Shown: positions 14,432 to 23,493 of the stretch, piece by piece
How positions within the stretch are numbered: position 1 is the stretch's first letter
Layout of the letters: every line of letters begins with the position of its first letter
Assembly: GCA_004284765.1 (NCBI GenBank)
Contig: NQJD01000024.1
Span: forward strand, 4,456 to 36,455
Length of the DNA stretch: 32,000 bases
Direction of reading: 5' to 3'
Origin: Candidatus Electronema aureum
Lineage (GTDB): Bacteria; Desulfobacterota; Desulfobulbia; Desulfobulbales; Desulfobulbaceae
Translations under genes and position numbers: made by a program
The notes under the pieces: generated by a model
Databases searched by the model: none
What the model was told of the DNA's origin: nothing
What the model saw: the letters and a program-made list of their open reading frames with translations, nothing else

Positions 14432-15514
14432 ATGGCAGGAAACACCTTCGGCACCCTGTTTAGGGTAACAACATGGGGCGAGTCCCACGGCACTGCACTT
14501 GGCGCGGTCATTGACGGCTGTCCTCCGGGCATCGATCTGACCCCAGAAGTAATTCAGCAAGAGTTAGAGCGCAGGCGGCCCGGCAAAGGCGGCGCGACCT
14601 CGCCCCGGCAGGAGCCGGACAAGGTTGAGATCATGTCCGGCATCTTTCAGCCGGACGGCGCGGCCTGCCCGAAAACCACCGGCACGCCTATTTCTCTGGT
14701 TATCTTCAACAAGGACGCGCATTCCAAATCCTACAGCGATTTGCAGGAGATATTCCGACCCGGCCACGGCGATTTCAGCTACCAAGCCAAGTACGGCATC
14801 CGCGACCACCGGGGCGGCGGGCGGGCTTCGGCGCGGGAGACAGCGGCGCGAGTAGCGGCGGGCGCGGTTGCCAAACAACTCCTCAACAAGTACAATATAA
14901 GCGTTTTGGCGTACACGGTGGCCCTCGGCGGCATCCGAGCAGAAGAGCGCGATCTTGCGGTGATCAACGAGAACAGCCTCTTCTGCCCTGATAGCGCGGC
15001 TGCCGTGCGCATGGAGGAACGGATTGCCGAGGTACGAGAGCAGGGCGATACGCTCGGCGGCATAGTCGAGATTCGCGCCACCTGTCCCGCTGGGCTGGGC
15101 GAGCCGGTCTTTGACAAGCTCGACGGCGAGTTAGCCCGTGCCTTGATGTCCATCGGCGCGGTGAAAGGCGTGGAAATTGGTGCAGGCTTCCGGGCGGCAG
15201 TAATGCTCGGCTCGGAGAACAACGACCCGCTCACGCCGGATGGCTTTCGCAGCAACAACGCGGGCGGCATACTCGCCGGAGTCAGCAGCGGCCAGGAGCT
15301 GATCATGCGGGTGGCGGTCAAGCCGATTCCCTCCATCCGCAAGGAGCAGCAGACCGTCAACCTGCGCAACGAGCAGGTGACAATCAGGGTTGGAGGCCGC
15401 CACGACATTTCCGCCATTCCGCGCATCATCCCGGTCTGTGAGGCGATGGTGCGGCTGGTCTTGGCCGATCAGCTCTTGCGGCAGCAAGCAATGCGCGGGC
15501 TGCAAACATTCTAA
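14432..15514 (+). CDS. aroC: Chorismate synthase
   Basis: 360 aa. MAGNTFG..FRVTTWGESHG, RPGHGD, RDHRGGGRASARETA and GGILAG are chorismate synthase signatures. Confidence 0.96.
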   Translation: MAGNTFGTLFRVTTWGESHGTALGAVIDGCPPGIDLTPEVIQQELERRRPGKGGATSPRQEPDKVEIMSGIFQPDGAACPKTTGTPISLVIFNKDAHSKSYSDLQEIFRPGHGDFSYQAKYGIRDHRGGGRASARETAARVAAGAVAKQLLNKYNISVLAYTVALGGIRAEERDLAVINENSLFCPDSAAAVRMEERIAEVREQGDTLGGIVEIRATCPAGLGEPVFDKLDGELARALMSIGAVKGVEIGAGFRAAVMLGSENNDPLTPDGFRSNNAGGILAGVSSGQELIMRVAVKPIPSIRKEQQTVNLRNEQVTIRVGGRHDISAIPRIIPVCEAMVRLVLADQLLRQQAMRGLQTF

Positions 15515-15528
15515 GGAATACGAGAACT

Positions 15529-17160
15529 GTGAACCTACCAAAAGAGAGAAAGATACAGCGCGTCCTGATGGTCGCCCGTGAATACGACGGGTTGGCCGGA
15601 GCAGGCGGAGTAAAGGATGTCTGCCGTCAGCTTGCCGAGGCATTAGCCCAGCACGCAGATTGTGACGTGCGGGTCGCGCTGCCGCTCTACGGCTTCATGG
15701 ATGCAGCAGCCTTGGGCTTTGAGCAGGTGACACTGCCTTGCCGAGACGCGAGCGGTAAGCCCTCGCTATCCTTTGAGGTCAATATGCACTATCCGGGTCG
15801 CGAGCGGCTGGAGGAAGTCGGCATCTGGCAGAAACGCATCCAAGGAGTCACGATCTATCTGCTCGACTCCAAACGCTTTGCCGAGAAGCACGGTGTCTAT
15901 ACCTACACCGCAGCGGAGGAGGTGGACAAGAGCTGGCAGCAGGCCGGAGCCGGGCACTATGACTACTTCGCGATGAACATCTTGCTCCAGAAAGCTGCCT
16001 TAGCTATGCTGATTCTGCTCGATTTTCGGCCAGATATCATCCATTGCCACGACGGCCACGCTGCTGTCTTGCCTGCGATGCTGCGGGAGAACGAGGGCTG
16101 GCGAAACTTCTTTTGCTGCACCGGGGCAGTGGTGACGATTCATAACGCTGGGCTTGGCTATCACCAAGAAGTAGCGGACATCGAGTTTGCTGAGGCGGTC
16201 ACTGGCCTACCTACGTCGGTAATCCGCGCTGGTATGTTCAATAGCTGCTTTGATCCCTTTGCCGTGGCCGCTGGCTATGCGGTCATCAATACGGTCAGTG
16301 AGAACTACGCCCGCGAGCTGCAAAAGAGCGAAGAAGACAGCCGCACCGGTTGGCTCGGCCATCATCTTCTCCGCAAAGGCGTAACCTTAGCAGGCATCAC
16401 CAACGGCATCAACCCAGAAGATTTCAATCCACGTGCGCCGGAGAAGCTGGGCTTAGACGCAGTCTTTGACCCAGCAACCGGCGAGCTATCTGGCAAGCAA
16501 GTCTGCAAGGAACGGCTGCTTGCTGCTTGCGGTACAGAACACAACTGGCTGCGGGTGGTGCAGCACGGCAGTCTGAACTTAGAGCCAAACCTGCCCCTCT
16601 TCACCTTTATTGGCAGACTGACCGCGCAGAAAGGAGTAGATGTCCTGCTCAAGGCTCTGATTCTGCTTGCTGCCACCGGTGAGACTGGCTTTCAGATGCT
16701 GCTGCTTGGTAGCGGTGAGAAGTATCTGGAAGAACACCTTGAGGAAATGGCCGGTGCTGAGAGTGAAGAAAGCGAAAGCAGGCGGCTCTGCTTCTTGCAA
16801 GGCTACGACCCAGCTTTGGCCAACCGGATTTACGCTGCCGGTGATTTCTTCCTCATCCCTTCCCTCTACGAACCCTGCGGCCTGACCGACTACATTGCCC
16901 AGCTCTTTGGCAACCTGCCGATAGTGCATCAGGTCGGTGGCTTGGTTAAGGTTATGGATAAGGAGACTGGCTTTGCCTATCAAGAACACGCACCAGAGGC
17001 CTTAGCAACCGCCATGCAGCAGGCTTTGCTGCTTTATCGCCACGACCGCGCCAAGCTGATCGCCATGCAGCGGGCTGCGGTAGAGCGTATCCGCAACCGC
17101 CATACCTGGGAGCAGGTAACACAAGACTACCTTTCCCTGTACCGACAGGCTCTGCGCTAA
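15529..17160 (+). CDS. glgA: Glycogen/starch synthase-like glycosyltransferase (GT5 type), long form
   Basis: 543 aa with a GTG start. The N-terminal block is VAREYDGLAGAGGVKDV and the C-terminal block is FLIPSLYEPCGLTDYIAQLFGNLPIVHQVGGL, comparable to GlgA. The canonical K-x-GGL motif is altered. Confidence 0.75.
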   Translation: MNLPKERKIQRVLMVAREYDGLAGAGGVKDVCRQLAEALAQHADCDVRVALPLYGFMDAAALGFEQVTLPCRDASGKPSLSFEVNMHYPGRERLEEVGIWQKRIQGVTIYLLDSKRFAEKHGVYTYTAAEEVDKSWQQAGAGHYDYFAMNILLQKAALAMLILLDFRPDIIHCHDGHAAVLPAMLRENEGWRNFFCCTGAVVTIHNAGLGYHQEVADIEFAEAVTGLPTSVIRAGMFNSCFDPFAVAAGYAVINTVSENYARELQKSEEDSRTGWLGHHLLRKGVTLAGITNGINPEDFNPRAPEKLGLDAVFDPATGELSGKQVCKERLLAACGTEHNWLRVVQHGSLNLEPNLPLFTFIGRLTAQKGVDVLLKALILLAATGETGFQMLLLGSGEKYLEEHLEEMAGAESEESESRRLCFLQGYDPALANRIYAAGDFFLIPSLYEPCGLTDYIAQLFGNLPIVHQVGGLVKVMDKETGFAYQEHAPEALATAMQQALLLYRHDRAKLIAMQRAAVERIRNRHTWEQVTQDYLSLYRQALR

Positions 17161-17170
17161 AGGCACGTTG

Positions 17171-18028
17171 ATGGTACATCTCAGTCGCCAGCGCGTCACT
17201 TGGTTTGATCGGCATCGGGACTTCTTTGTCCGCCAAGTCTTTGCTGACTTCTTCAACCTGATGTATTCCTTTCAGGAACTCTATCATTCCTACTGCACCT
17301 GCCGCACCACCCGACGCGGCGAAGCCTGCTGTCTGCTCATCCGCAGTGAGGAACAGGCGCAATGCAGCATCTGGGATCAGTTGTCAGTGATGGTCGGCAC
17401 GGAGATAGAGAAAGGACCGATCTGGCTGCTGAAAGACCTCTGCCAGCAGATATGGCCAGAGGGTGGGCAGGGGAGGAAGATTGAGGACTCGCTGATGGAC
17501 TGGTTAGTCGGCTCCATCTTTCACGAGGCGATGAAGCTCAAAGAGGACGTGCATATCCTCAACAGCTACGGCTCGGCATCCTTTTGGAACAGTGCCCCGG
17601 AACCGATCTCTCGCCTGACCCGGATCATTGACCGCAAGGGACTGATTCAGCGGGTGGCTGTGGATGTCGTGCGACAGATGGAACAGTTAGCCATGCTTTT
17701 TGGTCAAACCAGCAACATGCTCCGCACCATGCTGCCGGTGCTGGCGGACAACATCCTGTTAGTGCGCTTTCTGGTAGAGCGCGAGGATTTGGTTGAACAT
17801 CTCTGGAGCGAGGAACTGACCTCGGTCTTTCAGGACATGTTCGGCAGGCCGAGCCAAGGCTTCTGCGCCGCTGGCAAGAGCTACATGAGTGGCCAGTGGT
17901 ACACCCGTGCTTTAGTCATGTACCGCCGCGCCTTAGAAGTAGACAATAGCAATACCGAGGCAGCAACCAAGGTGGAGGAGCTGCAACAGCTCATCCAAAA
18001 GACTGGCAGCTACTTCGGCGCGGCGTAG
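17171..18028 (+). CDS. Hypothetical protein
   Basis: About 285-aa ORF with GC-rich third positions throughout. I recognise no family. The C-terminus has one TPR-like helix pair (WYTRALVMYRRALEVDNSN). The start codon is uncertain. Confidence 0.5.
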   Translation: MVHLSRQRVTWFDRHRDFFVRQVFADFFNLMYSFQELYHSYCTCRTTRRGEACCLLIRSEEQAQCSIWDQLSVMVGTEIEKGPIWLLKDLCQQIWPEGGQGRKIEDSLMDWLVGSIFHEAMKLKEDVHILNSYGSASFWNSAPEPISRLTRIIDRKGLIQRVAVDVVRQMEQLAMLFGQTSNMLRTMLPVLADNILLVRFLVEREDLVEHLWSEELTSVFQDMFGRPSQGFCAAGKSYMSGQWYTRALVMYRRALEVDNSNTEAATKVEELQQLIQKTGSYFGAA

Positions 18029-18350
18029 TCTTTACGCGCCGTCTTCCTCCTTCATAAAACCCGTTCACTGAGATCCGTAAGGTCACAGCGCGACGTGATC
18101 TTACTATTCAACAGTCATGACTGAAGAGTTCCGCTTTCTGACGCGTCAGTTCCTTGCAGAATAATGTAAGATGCCCGTTGTCAAATGGACAGGGCTTACC
18201 TGCTCATAGTAAGCACCAGCATAGCTCCGCCAAGCGAGGTGGTCGGTGTCTTCCAGCAGCGCGGGGTGAGGGCTGGCAGGCGGAACTCAACGCCGTGCTT
18301 CAGCGGCATGTTGATGCCAAGCAGACGGCATGACAGAAAAGCGGATGAAT

Positions 18351-18370
18351 GGGCGGTTCGCGAACCGCCC
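18351..18370 (-). terminator. Perfect 20-bp palindrome abutting the stop of the TPR gene
   Basis: gggcggttcg|cgaaccgccc sits directly 3' of the stop at 18371-18373. On the minus strand it is followed by attcatccgcttttctg. Confidence 0.5.
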
Positions 18371-19975
18371 TTACTCCCCCGCCAGCTTTTTCTTCATGTA
18401 TTCGTAATTCCCCTCCATCACATCAATGTCTGGATGGTCGCCGGGAAATTTCTTCTTCATGACAGCGATGGCGCGTTCAAACATCTCCGCTGCTTCTTGG
18501 TATTTTTCCTGCTTGTAATATAGCGCGGCCAGATTGTTCAGGGTAGTCGCTACGTCAGGATGGTCTTTGCCAAGGGATTTCTCGGAAATCTCCAGATCAC
18601 GCTTGTACAGCGGCTCGGCTTCCTCGTACCGGCCCTGCTGCCTATACAGTCCGCCCAGATTGTTCAGGGTTGTCGCCACGTCAGGATGGTCTTTGCCAAG
18701 GGATTTTTCCTTGATCTCCAGCGAACGCCTGAACAGCGGCTCCGCTTCAGCGTACCGGCCCTGCGCTTTATACAGCAAGGCCAGATTGTTCAGGGCAGCC
18801 GCCACATGCGGGTGTTCCTTTCCGAGAGATTTTTCAACTATCTCCAGCGAACGCTTGTACAGCGGCTCCGCTTCAGCGTATTTTCCCTGCGATTCGTATA
18901 ATCCGGCCAGATTGTTCAGGGTTGTCGCCACGTCAGGATGGTCTTTGCCAAGGGATTTCTCGGAAATCTCCAGCGAACGCTTGTACAGCGGCTCGGCTTC
19001 AGCGTAACGGCCCTGCGATCCATACAGCTCGGCCAGATTGTTCAGGGCAGCAGCTACATTTAGATGGTCTTTTCCCTGATATTTTTCCGCTATCGCAAGA
19101 GCGTGCTGATATAATGGCTCTACTTTTTTGTATCGTCCTTGTTCCTGATAAATTATTGCTAATGAATTTAGGATAGTGCCGAGCTTAACATCTTCCTTTC
19201 CATCCTTCTCCCGGATTTGCAGCAGCCGTTCCAGCCATTCCTGGGCATGACCGTAATCGCCCAGCGTGCGGGCCATCTTCCCAGCAGCCAGCAAATAGTC
19301 CGGGTTGTCCTCCTCCAGCGTCACAGCCTTCTTGTACTGGCGCATGGCCTTGGCGTAATCAATGCGGCCCTCGGCAAGCTGCCCACCTTGGTAGTTGGCA
19401 AGGGCGACAGCTTTGCCTTCCTTGTCCGCCACCTCGTCAAAAATTTGCTCCGCCGCTTTGGTGTCGCCTTTCGCCAGCCGCAGCTTGGCCTCGGCAATCC
19501 GCGCAGCAGGCAATTGCCCCTTCAGCTCGTCCAAAGCCTTCTCCGCAGCCTTGAGCAGGGCCAGCTTCTCCTCGTAGCTCTTTTGGAAATCGGCCAGCCG
19601 CTCCTCCAAGACTTTCGCCTTCTGCTCCAGCAGGCCGCGTTCCTCAGCGGCAAGGCCGGGAGCCTGCATTTCCTTGGCCGCTATCCGCAGCTCCTCCTGA
19701 AGCATCTGCCGGTATTCCTCCTTGCTCAGGCTGATGCCGCTGCCCGCCGCTGGCGTGGCCTTCCAGCTCAGGGCAAATCCGCCGATCATCGCCATTGCCG
19801 CGAGGAGGAAGAGCAGAATCATCCCCCAGCGCAGCAGCGGCGCGATCAGCGGGCCGGTCAGCTTCTTGCTGTTCAGAAACAGCGGCCTGATGATCAGGGC
19901 GAAAACAAACAGTCCGAAGCCCGCCAAGACTAACGGATGCTGCAAATGGCTTATCCACTCATTCATATTGTTCAT
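18371..19975 (-). CDS. Membrane-anchored TPR protein with kinesin-light-chain-type 42-aa TPR repeats
   Basis: 534 aa. A strong SD sequence (AGGAGGAGGA) precedes the start. There are two N-terminal hydrophobic segments and a coiled-coil-like region. Reiterated units follow, of the form GRYAEAEPLYKRSLEI.EKSLGKDHPDVATTLNNLA.LY..Q. Confidence 0.85.
   Translation of the reverse strand: MNNMNEWISHLQHPLVLAGFGLFVFALIIRPLFLNSKKLTGPLIAPLLRWGMILLFLLAAMAMIGGFALSWKATPAAGSGISLSKEEYRQMLQEELRIAAKEMQAPGLAAEERGLLEQKAKVLEERLADFQKSYEEKLALLKAAEKALDELKGQLPAARIAEAKLRLAKGDTKAAEQIFDEVADKEGKAVALANYQGGQLAEGRIDYAKAMRQYKKAVTLEEDNPDYLLAAGKMARTLGDYGHAQEWLERLLQIREKDGKEDVKLGTILNSLAIIYQEQGRYKKVEPLYQHALAIAEKYQGKDHLNVAAALNNLAELYGSQGRYAEAEPLYKRSLEISEKSLGKDHPDVATTLNNLAGLYESQGKYAEAEPLYKRSLEIVEKSLGKEHPHVAAALNNLALLYKAQGRYAEAEPLFRRSLEIKEKSLGKDHPDVATTLNNLGGLYRQQGRYEEAEPLYKRDLEISEKSLGKDHPDVATTLNNLAALYYKQEKYQEAAEMFERAIAVMKKKFPGDHPDIDVMEGNYEYMKKKLAGE
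18534..19163 (-). repeat. Intragenic 126-bp tandem repeat (4 well-conserved units plus 1 degenerate unit)
   Basis: Units begin with ttgttcaggg at 18534, 18660, 18786, 18912 and 19038, an exact 126-bp period. The first 47 nt of units 2 and 4 are identical. Confidence 0.9.
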
Positions 19976-20172
19976 GGGCCGTCCTCCTCCTGCGGCGGTG
20001 AATTGCTTCGCTGATGCCGCATCTTAACCGGTCGGCAGGGAGAAATCACGCGGGTTTTCGGCGGACTGAAGATTGTCGCGGCGTACCTATCCCAGATTCA
20101 GGAGGAGGCTAAGGCAATGGTGAGGCTGATCTGAGATGAAATGCTGGGCGAAATGATTTGATCAACGGGGCA

Positions 20173-20201
20173 GCAGCGGTCTTTTGCACATAGACCGCTG
20201 C
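20173..20201 (-). terminator. Hairpin downstream of the outer membrane protein gene
   Basis: gcagcggtct-tttgcacat-agaccgctgc forms a 10-bp perfect stem 24 nt after the stop at 20225. There is no clear U-tract on the minus strand. Confidence 0.4.
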
Positions 20202-20224
20202 GTTGTTCTCAACAAGAGACAGAA

Positions 20225-20866
20225 TTAGAAAGAAGCTCTGATGCCACCATAGACATTATGGCTGGAATAGTCAAACTCAGCACTCTCAATATTGTCATCA
20301 AGCTCTAAATCAATTGCTGCAAAGTAGCGATACTTGAGATCGAGAGCCAGATTGTAGTTGAGCGCATAGCTGAATCCGCCGCCGACCTGATAGGCCATTG
20401 CAGTGCCGTCAGCTTCACCAGGAATGTCTTCACCTCCAATTGCAATATCACTAAGTTCTACCTTGGTCAAGCCAATGCCTGCACTGACAAAGGGAGTCAG
20501 CGAGCTGATATTGGTGAAGTCATAATATCCGTTGAGCAGACCTGATTGACTTTTAATCTCGCCTGATGCCTTCGCACTCAAGCCTGTTCCCTTGATATTG
20601 ACTTGGTCAAGATCATTCTGCTGATAGGCTAACTCAGTCTCCATCCTGAAATTGGCACCAAAATCATAGCCAAGGGCAGCAGTCAGGGCAATGCCTGGAT
20701 CGGTGTCAAACTCAATGGTGCCTTCACTAAATTTCATATCTGCATCATTGAGGGTGGCCATTCCACCGCTGATGCTCGCATACGGCCCCATCACCGCGCT
20801 TTGAGCGGCAGAAGCAAGGGACAGTAGGGCAGCGCAACCAACGAACATCACAGCATGTTTTTTCAT
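20225..20866 (-). CDS. Outer-membrane beta-barrel protein (OmpA-like / OMP_b-brl type)
   Basis: 213 aa. It has a signal peptide (MKKHAVMFVGCAALLSLASAAQSA), alternating-hydrophobic beta-strand patterns and a C-terminal ...GGIRASF ending in Phe. The SD sequence is GGAGGA. Confidence 0.8.
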   Translation of the reverse strand: MKKHAVMFVGCAALLSLASAAQSAVMGPYASISGGMATLNDADMKFSEGTIEFDTDPGIALTAALGYDFGANFRMETELAYQQNDLDQVNIKGTGLSAKASGEIKSQSGLLNGYYDFTNISSLTPFVSAGIGLTKVELSDIAIGGEDIPGEADGTAMAYQVGGGFSYALNYNLALDLKYRYFAAIDLELDDNIESAEFDYSSHNVYGGIRASF

Positions 20867-20952
20867 CGTAGTCCTCCAGTGTTATATATATCTTGCTGAT
20901 TTCAGCTTGTTCCTGAAAAGTTCAGCCGCAGCCTTTCTTTCCAAGCTCTCCT

Positions 20953-21384
20953 CTAAACTGAAATAAACTCTTCTTTAAGCATGTTGTCAATGCAATCAAG
21001 CACAAATTGCCGCTGAATTGGTGTCGCCCACGCAATACAGGAGCAGTGCATGTTGTGCGAGCTGCGCACCAAAAATTCCGCACGCAGCTCGGTTTTCTCC
21101 AACATCACAGTGAAATAGAAAGGGCCGCAGTTGGGGTGAGCAAGTTGCGGCGGTGCTAACACATCCTGCGGCACTTCAAGCCAATACACTCCGGCAAGCG
21201 GGCCAGACTTGAGGGTGCGCTTGAGATAACTGTCTATGTTGTCGCGTTCCAAGAAAGAAAGCTCATCGATAAGATATTGGCGCATAGCAGCGGTCAGTCT
21301 GAACATTGAAGGTTGATTGCCATTTTTCTTTGTCGCGCTGTCAATGCGTTGAGGCAGACAGATACTGCGTTTTCCGCTTGGCAT
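20953..21384 (-). CDS. Hypothetical protein (start uncertain; it may begin at MFRL, 21306)
   Basis: 143-aa ORF divergent from hpt. I recognise no family and no candidate start has a convincing SD sequence. Confidence 0.45.
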   Translation of the reverse strand: MPSGKRSICLPQRIDSATKKNGNQPSMFRLTAAMRQYLIDELSFLERDNIDSYLKRTLKSGPLAGVYWLEVPQDVLAPPQLAHPNCGPFYFTVMLEKTELRAEFLVRSSHNMHCSCIAWATPIQRQFVLDCIDNMLKEEFISV

Positions 21385-21460
21385 TCTGTGATGATCAGTT
21401 TAGGATTCAATCCAGAAAATACCAGCGCAAACTTTTTTTATAGAAGCAGAGAGGATAAAC

Positions 21461-21982
21461 ATGGACATTGCGGCAACCGTGCTTGACCGTAAGGAGATTG
21501 CGGACAGAGTCGAGGCTCTTGGAGAGCAAATTACAAGGGATTATCAGGGGAAAAAATTGGTTCTGATTTGTGTGCTCAATGGCGCATTCATCTTTCTGGC
21601 AGATGTAGCTCGAGCTATCAATTTGGATATAGAAATCGATTTCATCCGGGTGGCGAGTTACGGCAATGAGACAGAAAGCAGCGGCTCGATTATTTTGCGC
21701 AAGGAGCCGGATATTGATCTTGCTGGAAAAGATATCCTCTTAGTAGAGGATATTGTCGATAGCGGCATCACTATTGCTTGGTTACATGAATATTTCACTA
21801 TCAAACATCAGGCAGCATCAGTGAAAATCTGCGCCCTGATCAACAAATACGAACGACGGATAGTGCCAGTGCAGGTTGATTACGCTGGATTTCAAATCGA
21901 CAAGGGATTTATAGTCGGCTACGGCTTAGATTATGCGCAAAAATACCGTAACCTGCCAGATATTTGTACGCTCGCAAAATAA
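21461..21982 (+). CDS. hpt: Hypoxanthine(-guanine) phosphoribosyltransferase
   Basis: 173 aa with the PRPP-binding motif ILLVEDIVDSGIT, plus VLNGAFIFLADV and GYGLDY blocks. Confidence 0.92.
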   Translation: MDIAATVLDRKEIADRVEALGEQITRDYQGKKLVLICVLNGAFIFLADVARAINLDIEIDFIRVASYGNETESSGSIILRKEPDIDLAGKDILLVEDIVDSGITIAWLHEYFTIKHQAASVKICALINKYERRIVPVQVDYAGFQIDKGFIVGYGLDYAQKYRNLPDICTLAK

Positions 21983-22016
21983 AAATCCCCGCCACGAACG
22001 GCAGGGATTTTTATTC
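21983..22016. terminator. Bidirectional rho-independent terminator between convergent hpt and the decarboxylase gene
   Basis: aaaaatccccgcc-acgaac-ggcagggattttt forms a stem with one C-A mismatch. It is flanked by an A-run and a T-run and starts right after the hpt stop. Confidence 0.7.
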
Positions 22017-22049
22017 AATAAACCGCTGTAACAAGAGCGGCTGCGGAGA

Positions 22050-23240
22050 TCAGAGCAGGTCTGAGGGTTCGTTGAGCACTACAATTTTTGCCTTGGGGAA
22101 GAAGTTAAATTCAGACGCAGAGGCGGCAGTGTAGGCCCCCATCATCCGTCCTATCACCAAATCGCCGTTCTTCAGCTTGGGTAGCATGATGTCCTCAGAA
22201 ATCACATCAATGCTGTCACAAGTCGGCCCAGCCAGCACGGAAGGATACAGCTCGCCCTCGGTGTGCAGTGCCTCAACCGGATAGACCGCATGATCGTAGA
22301 TCATGCCGCTGTAGGAGCCGTAGAGTCCGTCGTCCAAATAATACCACGTCTTGCCGTCGCGCTCGGCCTGGCCCATGACCGAGGCCACGGAAATGATCGC
22401 CGGAGCGACGATGAAGCGGCCTGGTTCAGAGATCACATCTACGCTTTCCGGGAACTCAGCCAAAGCCTGACGAATTGGCACACAGAATTCGCCGATAGAC
22501 ATGACTTTGTCGATATAATGCACCGGAAAACCACCGCCAATGTCCAAGGTGCTGAGTTTCGGCAGCCCCAATTCGCTTACGCGGCGGAACACATCACCAC
22601 AGGTCTGAATCGCGGTGACATACTTCTGCGGGTCAGCAGTCTGCGAACCAACGTGAAAAGATAAGCCTTTGATGCGAATACCCAGCTGGTATGCCTGCTG
22701 AATCAGCTCCAATGCACCATCTGGGCTGCAACCAAATTTTTTCGACAGATCGGAATACGCATCAGCATTGCGGAAACTCAGACGAATCAGCAGCTCGGCT
22801 TGATCGCGATATTTGCTGAATTTTTCCAGTTCATTGAAATTATCGATGACAAAAACCGTGCAGCCGTACTCCAGCGCATGGCGAATGTCGGAATCCCGTT
22901 TGATTGGATGCGTGTGAATGGTCCTTTTGCCAGAAACGCCAGCGGCCCGTACCAAATCAACCTCGCCGTTGGTGGCAAGATCAAAATTTGCGCCTTCTTG
23001 GAGCAACGTTTTGACCACTGCCGGATGAGGCAGCGGTTTTAGAGCAAAGTGAGCGGCAGCTTCAGGCAAAGCCTGTCGGAGTGCGCGATACTGACTACGA
23101 ATAACATCGCAGTCAAGCAGCATCACCGGCGTACCGTGGAGGGCTGCCGCAGATTCTATCTGTTCGCGTTCAGGTAATTTGTTGACGATTTCTGAGACGC
23201 GGACGGACGCGGCAGGCAAGTTGGGCAGAATTACAGACAT
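22050..23240 (-). CDS. Type III PLP-dependent decarboxylase (ornithine/lysine decarboxylase-like, Orn/DAP/Arg decarboxylase family 2)
   Basis: 396 aa with FALKPL (PLP Lys), HVGSQ, GGGFP, EPGR and GPTCDSID motifs. Substrate specificity cannot be determined from the sequence alone. Confidence 0.85.
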   Translation of the reverse strand: MSVILPNLPAASVRVSEIVNKLPEREQIESAAALHGTPVMLLDCDVIRSQYRALRQALPEAAAHFALKPLPHPAVVKTLLQEGANFDLATNGEVDLVRAAGVSGKRTIHTHPIKRDSDIRHALEYGCTVFVIDNFNELEKFSKYRDQAELLIRLSFRNADAYSDLSKKFGCSPDGALELIQQAYQLGIRIKGLSFHVGSQTADPQKYVTAIQTCGDVFRRVSELGLPKLSTLDIGGGFPVHYIDKVMSIGEFCVPIRQALAEFPESVDVISEPGRFIVAPAIISVASVMGQAERDGKTWYYLDDGLYGSYSGMIYDHAVYPVEALHTEGELYPSVLAGPTCDSIDVISEDIMLPKLKNGDLVIGRMMGAYTAASASEFNFFPKAKIVVLNEPSDLL

Positions 23241-23493
23241 AGGACACCCCCCATCAAGTTAAAGTTTACAAAGGATGACAAAAACCTCAACTCTCTTGCT
23301 CCCGACAGTTGCTCTGTCATTGCTCGCTTGGGGCGATTCTGCACGGATTGGCTATCAGCAAGAAAAGGCGAACATAATAAATGAAAATCGCCGTCTCCGC
23401 AAGACCGTAGAGCCTGTCAATCTTTTTTTTCCTAAGCGATATCGTTTTTTTGCGAGCAGCATTTTTATATTCCTTTGAATCTCCGAGGGAAAA

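Noticed and set aside
14779-15643. Minus-strand ORFs 14779-15429 (216 aa) and 15131-15643 (170 aa)
   Set aside because: They are antisense to aroC, which matches chorismate synthase motifs end to end.
18534-19163. Regularly spaced repeats that could be mistaken for a CRISPR array
   Set aside because: The period is 126 bp with no unique spacers. The whole region is one open reading frame encoding 42-aa TPR units.
23275-23478. 67-aa plus-strand ORF in the decarboxylase/sensor intergenic region
   Set aside because: It has no usable SD spacing, its sequence is AT-rich low-complexity, and it lies opposite to both neighbours. The C-terminal half is a run of Phe/Ile/Ser from a T-rich tract. It is most likely non-coding.
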